Assembly: GCF_016433145.1 (NCBI RefSeq)
Contig: NC_058133.1
Span: 518,178,263 to 518,242,262, forward strand
Length of the DNA stretch: 64,000 nucleotides
Reading direction: 5' to 3'
DNA from: Gracilinanus agilis
Lineage: Eukaryota
The notes below the pieces were generated by a model. The model did no database searches, was not told where the DNA came from, and saw only the letters and a program-made list of their open reading frames with translations. Shown here one piece after another: positions 13,086 to 26,249 of this stretch. Each line of letters opens with the position of its first letter. Position 1 is the first letter of the stretch. A program made the translations under genes and the position numbers.

Positions 13086-13279
13086 CAGTGATTCCCAAAG
13101 TGGGTGCCACTGCCCCCTGGTGGGTGCTGCAGCAATCCAGGGAGGCGGTGATGGCCACAGGTGCATTTATCTTTCCTCTTAATTGCAATTAAAATTTTTA
13201 AAAATTTAATTTCCAGGGGGCTAAGGAATATTTTTTCTGGAAAGGGGGCAGTAGGCCAAAAAAAGTTTGGGAACCACTG
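13086..13279 (+). mobile_element. hAT (Charlie-like) MITE, family A copy 1
   Basis: TIRs cagtgattcccaaa / tttgggaaccactg; perfect 8-bp TSD gtttaatg. Confidence 0.92.
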
Positions 13280-14113
13280 GTTTAATGGATACAGTGTGGG
13301 ACTAAAGACTCAAGAAGATCAGAATTCAAATCCTACCTCAGACACTTACTAGCTATGTGGCCCTAGGCAGATCATCTAATCTTTCTCAGCTTTAGTTTTC
13401 TCATCTATTTAGTAAGGATAATAAAGCCTCTACTTCCAAGAATTGTTGCTAGGATCAAATGAGGTAGCATATGTACAGTGTTTTGCCATCATTAAAGCAT
13501 TAAATAAATATTATTAGAGCTTTTAAGGTCCCTTCTTGTCCTTTGACCATAAATCCTTTCCCCATCTAGGCCTCTCGTTCCTGCTCTGCAAAATGAGGAG
13601 ATACAACTAACTGATCTCTAAGATCTCTTCTAGTCCTTTGGTACTCTACCGTGGTTATGAGAGCACAGATGATTTCATATCATTCAGGAACCAAAGGAAA
13701 ATGTCATTTTGGGGGGGGAGGAGCGCAGCTACCAAGCCAAGCTAGGAAGAGTGGGGCCCAAATGCCTTTGCTCATCACATCAAGATTCTCTTTCCTAGAA
13801 CTGTGGGAGTAGAAACACAGAAGAAAAATAACTGCTTGAACACATGGGCTGATGGGGATATTATTGGGGATGTAGACACTAAACGAAAACTCTAGTCCAA
13901 CTATCAATAATTTGGAATTAAATCTTAATCAATAATATAGGTAACAACGCAGTGGAATTGTGCATCAGCTAAGGGGGGAAAGGGGGTGGGGGAGAGGGAA
14001 ATGTAACTATGGGAAATTTTCAAAATATTCAAAATAAAAAATATTTTATTGAAAAAAAAGATTCTCTTCCATTCTGTTCCATTTGCATCACTCTTTAAGA
14101 TGAATGCATTCTT

Positions 14114-14296
14114 TTTTTTTTAAACCCTTAACTTCTGTGTATTTTCTCATAGGTGGAAGAGTGGTAAGGGTGGGCCATGGGGGTCAAGTGACTTGCCCAG
14201 GGTCACACAGCTGGGAAATGTCTGAGGCCGGATTTGAACCCAGGACCTCCCGTCTCTAGGCCTGACTCTCAATCCACTGAGCTACCCAGCTGCCCC
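14114..14296 (-). mobile_element. Young opossum-type tRNA-derived SINE, full length
   Basis: GGGGCAGCTGGGTAGCTCAGTGG head, A and B boxes, poly(A) tail; perfect 17-bp TSD aagatgaatgcattctt (14097-14113 and 14297-14313). Confidence 0.92.
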
Positions 14297-14506
14297 AAGA
14301 TGAATGCATTCTTAAATATTAATAATATGGAAATAGGTCTTGATCAACAATACATGTAAAACCAGTAGAATTGCTCATTGGCTATGGGAGGGGAGTGGGA
14401 GGAGCGGAGGGAAAGAACATGAATCATGGAACCATGGAAAAATATTCTAAATTAATCAATTAAATATAAATTTTCAAATCACACACACAAAAAACAGATG
14501 AATACT

Positions 14507-14580
14507 GTAACATGGAAAATGGCAGGGTGGAATTCCTGCAAGATACGGGGTCACTTCCCCCCTGCCATTTTCCATGTTAC
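14507..14580. repeat. 74-nt inverted repeat with perfect 21-bp arms
   Basis: gtaacatggaaaatggcaggg (14507-14527) is the exact reverse complement of 14560-14580; 4 more pairs follow after one mismatch. Confidence 0.9.
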
Positions 14581-14652
14581 CCCACATTCTTGATCGAGCC
14601 GGCTAGACCGCTGGTCCCATCGATGAGCTGCAAGCCCGTGGCGGTGACTTAC

Positions 14653-14783
14653 CCGGAACCCTGATGAGTTATCAAGCAGGCATCGGAAGCGGCAGACAAA
14701 GCTCCGTTCAAGGAGAGCCGAGTTCTCTGGGGGAAGTTCTTCTGGTCTGTCACGGCCAACAGATGGGCTAGAAGTTGTTTCAC
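14653..14783 (-). CDS. AHR1B: AHR-family exon 6 (131 nt): [44 protein letters not shown]
   Basis: Acceptor gtgccgttcag, donor CGG|gtaagt. 131 nt, with LPPENS and [10 protein letters not shown] motifs. Confidence 0.96.
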
Positions 14784-14996
14784 CTGAACGGCACAGAGAC
14801 AGGAATGACCATGGAGTCTACCTGGCCATTCACTCCAGTCCTCTGGCTTTATGGCCCAGTGAGGTCTGGAGACTGGCCCAAGGCCACAAAGCTCCTTCTC
14901 AGCTCCCACTCCACGTGTAAATTAGGAATGCCCTGCTTGTAGCAGAGGAGAGAATGTAACTGTCTCTGTGAAAAAGAAACGGAATGTGAGTTCACA

Positions 14997-15045
<49 letters not shown>
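14997..15045. repeat. (CA)n microsatellite
   Basis: Uninterrupted CA run. Confidence 0.95.
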
Positions 15046-15046
<1 letters not shown>

Positions 15047-15089
15047 TTCTGCCTCTGGAGCACCTCACACGGTGGGTGACCAACCAATC

Positions 15090-16150
15090 AATCAATCAAT
15101 CAATCAATCCACAAACATTTGCTAAGCACTTGCTGCATTCCAGGTACTAGGCTAGCTAAGCACAGATTTAGTTCAGTTCTTGGCATCCCAAATTAGGAAA
15201 TAAGTTGATAAGCTGGAGAGCAGCCCAATGAAGGCCGATCAGGCTGAAAGGCTTTGGGTCTAGACCTTGTTAAGGAATATGTGGGTGAAAAAACATTTAT
15301 TAAGGACTTATCAGGCCCTGATCTTGCCCTCAACAAGCTGATATTCTGCTGTTGGCAATGTGGCAGGCGAAGGGGAGATGCCTCTAGCCAATCAATGAAC
15401 AAGCATTTTTTAAGCAGCTTCTGTGGACCAGCCACCATGCGAGGTACTACAAATACAAGGAATACAAAAGCCAGATCCACCGGCTCTGAACTCAAGGAGC
15501 TTACATTGTACTGAGACATGCCCCAACCCAATCGATGAACGAGCTACAGAATTGCCAAGGCAGTGAAGATACAAAACGATTTCCAGATGGGGAGAAGGAC
15601 CCAAATCATCTAGAGCAGCGATGGGCAAACTTTTTAAAGAGGGGCCAAAGGAAAGGAAACGCTCTTCTGTCAGTCTGTTTCTAAGGCAACTCTTTCCAGG
15701 TTTCATTGTATTGTGTCCTCCTCATTGTATTCATCAGATTAGGAATAATGTCGTGTAGCCGGATAGAACATTTCAGGGAGCCGCGTCTGGCCAGCGGGCT
15801 GTAGTTTGCCCATCACTGGTTTAGAGGATCGTGAAGGATCCATGTGGGAGGGAGGGTTTGAGGTGAGCCTAATGGAAGCTTAGCAGGCAGAGGTGAGGAG
15901 TGAGAGAATTCCAAGTATGGAGAATGGAAGGAAGCTGTGCAAAGGCAGGACTGGAGGAAAATGTGTGAGGAATGACCCAATGAAGAGAACTGGGAGAAGA
16001 GAAATGTAAAAGTGCCCTGGAGAGACAGGCTGGGGCCAGACTGGGAAGAGCTTGGCATTTCAAACAGAGGAGAGTCTTTGATCCTGGGGATGGGGGGAGG
16101 GAAAAGCTCATTGAGGAAGGGGTGACATGGTCAGGCCAGCCCTTTAGGAA
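15090..16150 (-). mobile_element. L2 LINE fragments interrupted by the family B hAT MITE
   Basis: caatcaatccacaaacatttgctaagcacttg...; L2 body resumes after 15826. Confidence 0.6.
15616..15818. mobile_element. hAT MITE, family B
   Basis: TIRs cagcgatgggcaaac / gtttgcccatcactg; 8-bp flanks atctagag / gtttagag (2 mismatches). Confidence 0.8.
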
Positions 16151-16439
16151 GGTCCCTATGGGAGAATGGAAAGATTAGAAGCAAGCAGTTCATTAAGAAA
16201 AAAAAAAGGTTGTTGCCCCAAGATCATAGGTGAGATTTGGCACCTGCGTGGCATCTTCAGTGATCCCAGGTGGCTTGTGGCCACAAGCGTCCATATCAGG
16301 AATGTACCGCTCCATCTGCCATTGTGGACAGCCTGGCCTTGGAAGGACGAAAATGGCAAAATCTTTAAAGGGTGATAAATAGGCTGCAGCAGGATAAATC
16401 AAACCTGAGGAGCAACCCATCAGGGAAGACAGTTGCCAC

Positions 16440-16930
16440 CAGGAAAGCTTGGTGGTCTGGTCATGAATGAAATACAATAGAGGGACTCACTTGTCTCCAG
16501 TTCCACAGAACTCCCGGAAGGAATTCTCCAATGTATTGATGGAGCTCCCTATGAAAGGTCATGGAGCGACATGGACAAGAACTACATTGATGGAAAGAGG
16601 TTTCCAGAGGAGTATCCCAGGGAATCTGTCCCAGGTCCCCCGATGAAAACGTTGTTTTTTTTTTTTTTTTAGCAATGACTTGGATGAAGATATATGTCAG
16701 ATTTGTCAATGACACAAAGCTAAGAGGAATATCTGACACTGAGTGACAGCGTCAGGACTCACAAAGATCTTGACAGGGCAGAGAATTGGACTAAATCTAT
16801 TAAGATGAATTTTAATATGGATTAATGTAAAATGTTATGCTTGAATTCCACAGATTGAACTTCATAAGTTCAAAGTTGAAGAGATGTGGCTAAAAATTAG
16901 TTTGTCTGACAAGATCTGAAGCTTCAGGAA
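16440..16930 (+). mobile_element. CR1/L3 reverse-transcriptase fragment
   Basis: ccagaggagtatcccagggaatctgtc (SGVPQGSV-like), aatgacttggat (NDLD) and tttgtcaatgacacaaagcta (FADDTKL-like). Confidence 0.8.
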
Positions 16931-17332
16931 AACTGAAGAAAGAATTTGTACAAATATACTAATGGCAGCTCTTTTTTTTTTTTAATTGTAATTTAATTTT
17001 AATTGTAAGGGAATGTCCACCTATTAGGGAATGGCTAAACAAAGTATGGCATGTGAAAGCAATGGAATATTATCATGCCTTCAGATACGATGAAGTGGAC
17101 AATTTTTGAGCAAACTAGAAGACCACTCTGAACCAGGAGAAAATGTCTGATGCTCGTGACATGATACAGACAGATCTTTAAGCAAAGCCTAGATGATCTC
17201 ATCTTGCTGTTTTGTTGAGTACAAATTCCTTAAGGGCAAACACTATCTTTTTTGTTTCCTCCTGTTCATATCCCCAAAACTTAGAGCCATGCCTAGCACA
17301 CAATACGAAACTAATAAATCATTATATTTTCT

Positions 17333-17500
17333 AACCCTTACCTTTTGTCAGCATCAGTTCCAAGGCAGAAGAGAAGAAAAGGCTAGGCAACTGGGGTTAA
17401 GTGACTTGCCCAGGGTCACACAGCTAGGAAGTGTCTGAGGCCAGATTTGAACCTGTGAACTTCTTACTCTAGGCCTGGCTTTCTATTCACTAAGTCACAC
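17333..17500 (-). mobile_element. Opossum-type SINE
   Basis: ttaagtgacttgcccagggtcacacagctaggaagtgtctgaggccagatttgaac core. Ends approximate. Confidence 0.75.
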
Positions 17501-18159
17501 AACTACGCCCATAAACATTTACCCACTTAGGATGGGAAGGAAAATTCTTGTTCAGATAATAATTGGACTAGGTAGTCTCTAGACCCAGGATGTGATCATC
17601 TGCATGAGTGAGGGTAGAGCCATACTAGACATACTTGGAGGGATTTAAACAGCACCCACTCTACACACCATACACCGTCATATACACATACTATTTACAC
17701 CTCAGAGACCAACAAGTAAGGAAGGAATTGGAGCCAGACTGGGGATGTGAACCCCCAAAACAAGAGGGCAGACCAGTTCAAGACAGAAAATCTGGAGCAC
17801 TGGCTCCCTGGCACTGAAGATTCCCAATAACTCTTGACCTTTTTATTTTATTTGTTTTGCCTTTTTCAATTTTGACTTTGTCCTTTTCAGATATAATCAA
17901 AAAGGAGACAAGCAGAAGAGCAGGACTTGCCCAAGAGGCTCCAGGTTCCGGCCAGGGATTTCTACCAGACTGACATCCCCACCATTTCTGTATCAGCCCA
18001 TAACATTTCCATTTTGACTTTTCTCTTGGGAGACTAAAGGATATCCCTAGAATATCAAAGCTAAGAGGAGTTCCAAGATGTTTTCATCTGGTACCTTATT
18101 ATTCATTAGACAAAGAGACAAAGACTGGGGCTAAAAACACACATGTGTGCATGCACACA

Positions 18160-18208
<49 letters not shown>
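18160..18208. repeat. (CA)n microsatellite
   Basis: Uninterrupted CA run. Confidence 0.95.
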
Positions 18209-18211
<3 letters not shown>

Positions 18212-19976
18212 GATACCTCCCCAATAAGCCTCTGCCTCCTTCCATAGGCTTAGCTCTGTGTCACAACACTGGTGAGAGTAATTGGAGGAAATGGCAGTCA
18301 CCCATGTGAGTAACAAATGTCGAACATATTTTTAACTGGGCTTCCAGCTTCTCCCTTCCCAAATCTAGCCTGCCCACAAGTGCCAAAATGGTTCTTCTAA
18401 TGCATAAGTCTGTTCAAGGCTCTGGAGCCATCAGTGGGTCCCCATTATTTCTAGCATAAACTACAAATGCCTCGGGTTGGCATGGAAAGTCTCCACAAGC
18501 TTGCTCCAACCTGTCTTTGCAGGCTTATTACACATAGCTCGTGTTCATGCACACTCTACATTCCAGCAGATCTGGACCATTTTAAGGTTTCTAACCTTAT
18601 TATCTGATCTTCCAGCTCTCTATCTTTTAACACACTATTCCCCTGGGCCAGCAATATTTTTCTTCCTTCTACCCTCACCACCTGCTATCAAGGCTTAACT
18701 TCTGCCTCCTCCTCTAGGAAGTCTTCCCTGATGTCATAGTTGTTGGTGCTCTCCCTCCTTCCCAAACTACCATGTAAATAGTTATCCATTGGTGTCTTGT
18801 GTTTCAAAGGCAGGATGTGGTGAGCTCCTTAAAGGCAGAGACTGATTTCCATTTTTCTCTGAGTCCTTGTAGTGGGCTTTTAGTAAATGCTTGTTGGATT
18901 GGATAGTATCATTGATTTCACCAGCAAATCATCATTTTATCTAAGTGGGCATAAAACCAACAGGGCTCTAAAGACGAGTGTTCCCTAAGAGAGGGAGGTT
19001 CATCCTTCTAGAGGAGTGGAAAGAACTCAAGCCCTGGAGTCAGGTGGCCTAAGATTTGCCATTAAACAGAGCAGTAACCCTTAGCCGAGTCATTTCCATT
19101 TTACCATCTGTAGATGGGTTAACTCCCCAGAGAGTACATGAGAGGAAAAGGGGGATGAGAGTCCTAGCAGGAAGAAAAGGCATGGAGAAGCTCACTGTAT
19201 GACAAGACCATCGATTCAGAGTTGTAAGAGATGGCAGAGGTCATCTAGTCCAACGTCTTCCCTTTTAGTTTTTACCAATGAAGAAATTGAAGTCCATGAT
19301 AGTGAAATGGCATGCCCAACATCACCCAGAACTTAGAGATGAACCAGGGCCCGAACCCAGGGCTCTTCCCAATACCACAAGGCCTCCTCCTCTGGGATCT
19401 GCCCCACTGGAGAGCCTGCCAACATTAATAAGATCCACTGGGAAACTGAAGTTAGCAGAGATGAGAACATTCCACTCACTGGACCGTTGTGGAAAGAAAA
19501 TGAGAGAAGGTAGGCAAAGAGCTTGGCAGACCTTACAGCAGATCATCTATAGGCTACAATGACTGGACTTCTTTTTCAATGGTCCTTTAAGAAACACTTT
19601 CAACCAGTGGCAGGAACAGTCAGTGTCTGGGATGGTCAGTAGACATTTATTAAGCACCTACAGTGGACCAAGCACCAAGTTAAGCCCTGAGGATATAAGA
19701 AAGACAAAAGCCAGTCCCCAACCCCAAAGAGCTCACAGTCTAATGAGGAGACAACATGTAAATACTCAGATCCAAATAAGATATAAATGGAATAGATTTG
19801 CTGGTAATCTGAAAGGGAAGGCATGAAAGGAGAAAACTGGACTAAATGACCCACGAAGTCCCTTCCAGCTCTGGATATAATTGTCTGAGAGGGCCTCCAA
19901 GATCCCAACCCAATAGACAATAAAGCTCCAAAGCAAACAGCGTGCCCCAGCTTAGGGCAGATGTTCTGGTACCTAC

Positions 19977-20100
19977 CCAAGCAGGCCTGATCGCTTTCAG
20001 GTTTGGGAGTTGATGTTAGCCTCCAGCGAAGATTGCGCCTGAATTCGGGTTGGTCTTCTGTGTGGATCAGTTCAAAGACACTCTGATGTAAAACATCTGT
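19977..20100 (-). CDS. AHR1B: AHR-family exon 5 (124 nt): TDVLHQSVFELIHTEDQPEFRRNLRWRLTSTPKPESDQACL
   Basis: Acceptor ttccttgccag, donor TGG|gtaggt. 124 nt as in AHR exon 5, with the HQSVxELIHTED motif. Confidence 0.95.
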
Positions 20101-22209
20101 CTGGCAAGGAAAACAGATTCCACAGTGGGGTCAGATTGTCTCCATCAAGTCTGGAGGAAGTCAGTAGGATGAGTGGGTTGACAGTCATTCATTTGTTGAA
20201 TTCCCGCATGCCCTCCCAAGCCCCTCAAAATAACCCTCACCCCAATCTCACAGACAAAGAGTGATCTGGAGGTGGCTAAATGTCCGTATATTTCAGGGAG
20301 AATACCCTGAGAAAGCTCTGCCCCAAGCACCCAGAAATATGGCTGCCATTCAGTTGTCCTTGCCAATCTGTCCTGGACTGTCCCTCCATGGGGAGTGTGG
20401 AAGGAGTGAGCTTGACAATTGTCCAATAGAACAATAGGAGATCTCAGTCCCCAACTGGTCCAGGTGTCTGGCCAACAGGCTTTGCTTGAAATAGGCAGGG
20501 TGGGTGGGGGAGGGCCTCACATTCCTTTCAGCTTTCCTACCTACTTCCATGGGATGGAGAATCATAAGCTCCTAAAGCTTATGTTGGAGCTTCTGGCTTC
20601 TGAAATGTAAATAGGGTCTGAGATGCCCACGGGCCATCTTGCAGACAGTTAGCCAGAATTCACAAACCATCCCCAAGTCTTTGATCTTTTTGATTTTTAT
20701 TCTTTTATTAAAAAAGAGGGGAAAGCCCTCATTGGGAGGGATCATCTGTGGCCAGCTGGACATTTGAGCAGCTGTGTGATGAGAATGCTGCATGGCATGT
20801 TCTAATTCTGAGGGATTATTTGGAGGCAGCTCAATGTGGAGGAAAGCTTTGTAAACACGTCAAAAGAGGACACATAATTCAACTCAGTTGCCTTCAGTAA
20901 TGAAGAGGAGTTAAGGGAGGTCAACTTCAAATGGCAGAGATCAACCAGCCCCCATCTGAGGACACAAAGCACACTTTGAAGAGTTTCAGAGTACATTAAA
21001 AAAAGAATTTCAGACTTAAAACACACACATACACACTCCACTTACTCACTCCCTCATTCCCTCTCTCTGACGTCGGCTTTGGAGGTCTGTCCATTCACCC
21101 ATGAAAGGATCAAAATGAGGAAAGATTTTATTTCTTCTGTATGAAAATACAAGGCCTTTGTTGTGCATTTTTTTCAGTATAAATCTGGCCATTTTCAGGA
21201 GAGTGGAATTCAAACTCAAAAGCTCCAGGCGTGGACTCAGGAAGCTCTGGGTGTGAGTCTCACCTCAGCCACTTGCTAGCTATGTAATCATGGGCCAGGC
21301 ACTTAGTCTTCTGTGCCTCAGTTTCTCTGTTTATAAAATGGAAATAAAATCCCTATAGTACCTATCCCTATAGGGTTGTGGTCAAGGCAAAAAGAGAGAT
21401 AAACACAGGCTCTTATTTGTGTCTTCCATGAAAGCGATCCTGGGAGACTTGGACAAGCTAATGAGATGGTCAGAAACAATGGTTAACATCATCTTCTCTT
21501 GGAAGTATTCTTTCATTCAGCAAAGTCTTATTAAGCCCCTACTGAGTTCAAAGCATGGGACAAGGTGCTAGACATGCAGAGATAAACATGATCTGCCCTA
21601 GGAGGGTCTGGGAGAGAGGGGGCAGTGGGTCGTGGGCAGATGGGACACGTATGCACATAACATTCTAACCTCTGAAACCCATCCTTAGCACAGCTACTGG
21701 AATAATATCCCTAAAGGCTCGATCGGAGCACCCGATGCCTCGTCGAGAAGCTTCTTCATTTAGTCTCTATTGCTACTAGGATACGCTGCAGACTGCTTGG
21801 AATGGAAAGTTCTTCACAATCGAATTCCAGATGACTTCTTTAGACTTCCTTCATGTTCATTATCCCTCTTTACAAACTTTGCCAGTAAAACTGACCACCT
21901 TTTATTGCCAGAACTCTGCGTCCCACCCCAGCCTCCTCCGTGTCTTTGGACAAATTGTCCTTCACACCTTGAATGCCCTCCTTCTGCCTCTTGGAAATGA
22001 CCCGGCTTGATTGCTACCTCCTAGTAGAAGTATTTTCTGAACACAAAGACACAATTTTATAAATGCTGCATACTGCTTTGTCAGATGTCTTCCACCTTTT
22101 GGGGGGGTATCCTTGCCCCCATTGACTATCTGGTCAAGACTATTGACTCCCTTCTGGAAATACCATTTTAAAATGCATAAAAAATACATTAAAAAGGAAA
22201 GCAAAAGGA

Positions 22210-22410
22210 TATCGAGGTGGCTCAGTGGACTGAGAGGCAGGCCCAGAGATGGAAGGTTCTGGGTTCGAATCTGACCTCAGACACTTCCTAGTTATATGAT
22301 CCTGGGCAAGTTACTTAACCCTCATTTCCTAGCCATTACCTCTCTTCTGCTTTAGAACTACTACACAGTAGTAATTCCAATATGGAAGGTAAGAGTTATT
22401 TTTTAAAAAG
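22210..22410 (+). mobile_element. Opossum-type SINE
   Basis: ggtggctcagtggactgagag...gggttcgaatctgacctcagacacttcc...ggaaggtaagagtt. Ends approximate. Confidence 0.8.
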
Positions 22411-22829
22411 GAAAGCAAATGTATTATATAATACTTATCACAACATTTTCCCCATCCAAGTTAATAGAACCCCTAAAATCTATCCATGGACCACCAGATT
22501 CCAGATTAAGAACTTCTGTTCTGGAAGGATATAAAACTTCTGAAAATCAGATACTACTTCATTTTATTCTTGGTACTCCTAGCACTTAGAATAAGTGGTT
22601 AGAGTGATGCTCAATATGTCCTTTTTGAATGATTCATTGATAAAGCACTTCATTGATTCATTGATAAAGGAAGTTTACAAAGTGCTTTGCATTCAGTCTC
22701 CCAACCCCTGAGCAAGCCTTTATCTTGCATAATTCTGAAGCAGATCAAACGCTTTAATTAAGCTAAATTCTTAAATATATATATATATATATATGTATAT
22801 CCAGATTTGGGTAAGGATTAGGAAGTAGA

Positions 22830-23900
22830 CTAGGATCTAAGCTGCCTCCTTGACCTAGGATTTCTAGTTTATCTTGCTTATTCTCTGAAATGTGTGTATT
22901 TATTTGAAGATACCTGAAGCTAGATGTTTTTCTTGCTTCCTCTGACTATTGATGTTCTCTCCTCCAAATGTTTGGGCCTCTCCACTGACATTCTGTTTCC
23001 TCTGTAGTATCTTCTACTCTCTGTGATATCTGGTCAGTTAGACCTGAGAGGGCAGTTTTCTCTGTCCATCCTTCATTTTCAATTTGAAACTCTCTTGACC
23101 TAACAATTCAGGTTAATATATATTTTTGTTGCCTTTTATTAGGTGAACTGTGTCCCTAGAAAGGAGCTCATCATTCCTACCTTTTAAACTGAGGTATGGA
23201 AATACAAATCCCACTCCAAGATGCTATCTTCTCAAACAGCTATTTACATCCCAAATATGTCACTCTCTTTTGAAGCCTCTGCCTTGCTGTAGCAATAAAG
23301 AAGATGCCATTCATGAAGCTGCCAAAACCTTCAGCCTCTCCTCCAGAATTTCTTAAGCTCAAGAAACATTTTAAGGCTCTTTCTAGTAAGATCATTCATT
23401 TCTTTCAGCAGAAGAGGGTCTTTTTCATCATGTTCGACCAGTTGAATTAAGCTCTCTATCAAATCTCTCTGGACAAACCTCAGGAAGACAGCTGGCCTCT
23501 TTGCTTTTCCTGTCAAGCTAACAGAAGTCATCCTGGGTGACCTTCCGAAGGAAGTCCTCAGTCTCTGGTATTTGTTTCTTCTTTTTCAGACTCTCCCTCA
23601 TTGATCCCACCTGAATGTAACTGACTACAAAGATGGTGTCAAGCAACTCTCTCTTCTGGGGAGTCTTACTTTCTGCAGTAGGACTCTAAGGGTTTGTACC
23701 CCAGATTTGGCTTCCCTTGGAGAATGGACTCTAGGAGTTTCACTAGTTTTGTCTGCCAGGAGTATATATGGAGGGGGGATGGTGATGAAGTAGCTGCTGA
23801 GGAAAATATTATGCCTTGATTGGTGTACCATTTCACATGACATTTCAACCCAATTTAATGATGCTAATATAAATGAGTGATTCTTGAGAGCCCAGAACTT
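22830..23900 (-). mobile_element. Ancient CR1/L3 fossil spanning the ORF1 SGNH-esterase domain and the start of ORF2
   Basis: Frameshifted translation gives SKEASCLPE, DPLLLKEMNDLTRK, GRGFKRE*HIWDVNSCLRR*HLGVGF..RNDELLSRDTVHL and FRYLQINTHISENKQDKLEIL, matching CR1 ORF1 and ORF2 motifs. Confidence 0.7.
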
Positions 23901-25015
23901 AATCACAGGAAAGGGCCTGAGGGGTGAGATAGCAAACTAATTATAAAAATATGATCATGGGAATGGTCCCTTTGCAAAGTATGACCAAGCCTCTTGAATT
24001 AACCAGAAGGGATGAACAAGGAAAGCTCATGCCATTTGAGTAATGTTTGAGAGTCGATTGGGTCAGTTCTGGCCAAAGTCAGACTTCAAAATGTTCTCAT
24101 GTCCTATTCAGACACATGGGAACCATGGAAAGTGCACCCTGGAGAAGGAGAGGCTTGAGAAGCCACATGGAAGAGGGAACTGCAAGCACAAGCAGAAATA
24201 TTTGCCAAAGAGAAAGGAGACAGGGCTCTGATAAGAAGGCTGAGAGTTAGCATAATCTCTAAAAGACAAAGTAAACATTTAAAATAAAGAAAGATAAACA
24301 GGCTTTTATTTTGTCTTTAGAAATTGTGTTAACCTTAGGCCATTACTAGTCAGAATCCACAATTGGAAATGCATTTGGGAGGAGGAAATAGAGAGTCTCA
24401 GGCATTTTCAGAGAAGAGGAAAACAGAGAATAAAAGCCAATTACGTTTGACCAATGCCCTCTCTCCAGAGCAAGGTTCAGAGTTTAAAAAAAAAAAAAAA
24501 AAAAGAATTACAGATCCTGTGATGAAATGTTCCAGAACAGAGAAGCAATGTTTAAATCGGGAAACCCACTGAGGCCATGATGAGTCAACAGAAGAGGGAA
24601 TGGGGATGAATGGAAGTACAGGAACCATCCTGCTCAATGTTCTGCCCTAACACTATCCCAACTCCAATTTTTCAGAGAGCAGTTTCAACTTCTTGCTGGG
24701 TTTCTGGTTGATGAAGTCATTCCTTAAATACGCTATTGTTTGTCACCCTTTCCTAAGAATACTGTTGTTTTTAAATCCTTCTCTTCCTTCTTAGAATCAA
24801 TACTATGTAGTGGCTCTAAGGCTGAAGAGTGGTAAGGGCTAGGCATTGGGGGTTGGTTAAGTGACTTGTCCAGGGTTGTAGACTGTCAGCTTCTCTCTCA
24901 GAATGAAATATGCTATGTTTTCAGTGGAAATAAATATTTCATGTCATAGAGTTGACTGGCCATCCAGAATTCCAGGCTCTGAAGGAGCAAAGGTTTTAGT
25001 AAGAGGAATACTAAC

Positions 25016-25105
25016 CTGATGGAATCCCAGGTAGTCCTGGATAGTGTGAGAGGAGTAAAAGATTAGCCCCTCAGAAGTAACCACCAGCACAAAACCATTC
25101 AAGGC
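25016..25105 (-). CDS. AHR1B: AHR-family exon 4 (90 nt, PAS-A): [30 protein letters not shown]
   Basis: Acceptor ctcttctgcag, donor CAG|gttagt. Length and sequence match AHR exon 4. Confidence 0.96.
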
Positions 25106-26007
25106 CTGCAGAAGAGAGAAAAAACAGACAAATTCAGGATCACAAAAGTTTCTCCCTCATCTCTGGATTCATATACTTGAGCTACAAGCATTTATTAAAA
25201 ACCTACTCTTTGTCAAGCGTCACGTTCAGCCCTGAGTGCACAAAGCAGAGAAAGAAAGCCCCAGATCCCTCTTGGAGCTTACAGAATCTTCTTGACTAAT
25301 AGGGAGAGGATGTATTTCCCTACAATGCTTCCCCTTGCTACAATTCATAGGAATCAGAGAACTTATAATTAAAAGGAATCACCTTGTTCCAACCCTTGAA
25401 TTTTAAGGATGAAATGCTTGGAGCCTAGAGGTAAAGTGAACTGAAATTCTCAAGATCTCTCATCAACTTAGTGGCAGCAGCAGGATCCCAACCCAGAGCT
25501 TCTGACTCTTTCTAGTTCAGTGCTCCTTCCATGGAATTACATGGACCTTTCAGAGGGGCTTCCAGCCTCTTGGATGGATAATCTATTCGGGGGTAGAGGG
25601 AGTTACATGAAGATAGGGAAGCAAATTGCAAAGGAGGAGAAAATGAGGCTGAGATGAAATTTGCCCTGGTGGAAAGACAATTCAAAAAGGTAAGATCATA
25701 GTGTCCACTGAACATTCATTGATGGGAATCCTGCTTGCAATTCCATTGAAGCAAGTGGATATTTATCAATAATAATGATAATGATGATAGCAGCAAGCAT
25801 TATAACAAAGTTTACTAAGGACTTTAAAAATATCATCTCTCTGACTCTCTGTGTCTTGCTTGTTCTCTCTCAACAAAAATCAATATTAGTTAATGTAATG
25901 AGCTTAAGTATTCAATAATACAGATGATACAGGTGAAGGATAGGGGGCTATATGGTGGGAAAATCTGGAAATTTTAGGGAACTGAAAACTCAAAGTAAAT
26001 AGAATAC

Positions 26008-26249
26008 NNNNNNNNNNNNNNNNNNNNNNNNNNNNNNNNNNNNNNNNNNNNNNNNNNNNNNNNNNNNNNNNNNNNNNNNNNNNNNNNNNNNNNNNNNNNN
26101 NNNNNNNNNNNNNNNNNNNNNNNNNNNNNNNNNNNNNNNNNNNNNNNNNNNNNNNNNNNNNNNNNNNNNNNNNNNNNNNNNNNNNNNNNNNNNNNNNNNN
26201 NNNNNNNNNNNNNNNNNNNNNNNNNNNNNNNNNNNNNNNNNNNNNNNNN
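26008..26249. other. Assembly gap (242 N) in intron 3
   Basis: N run. Confidence 1.
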
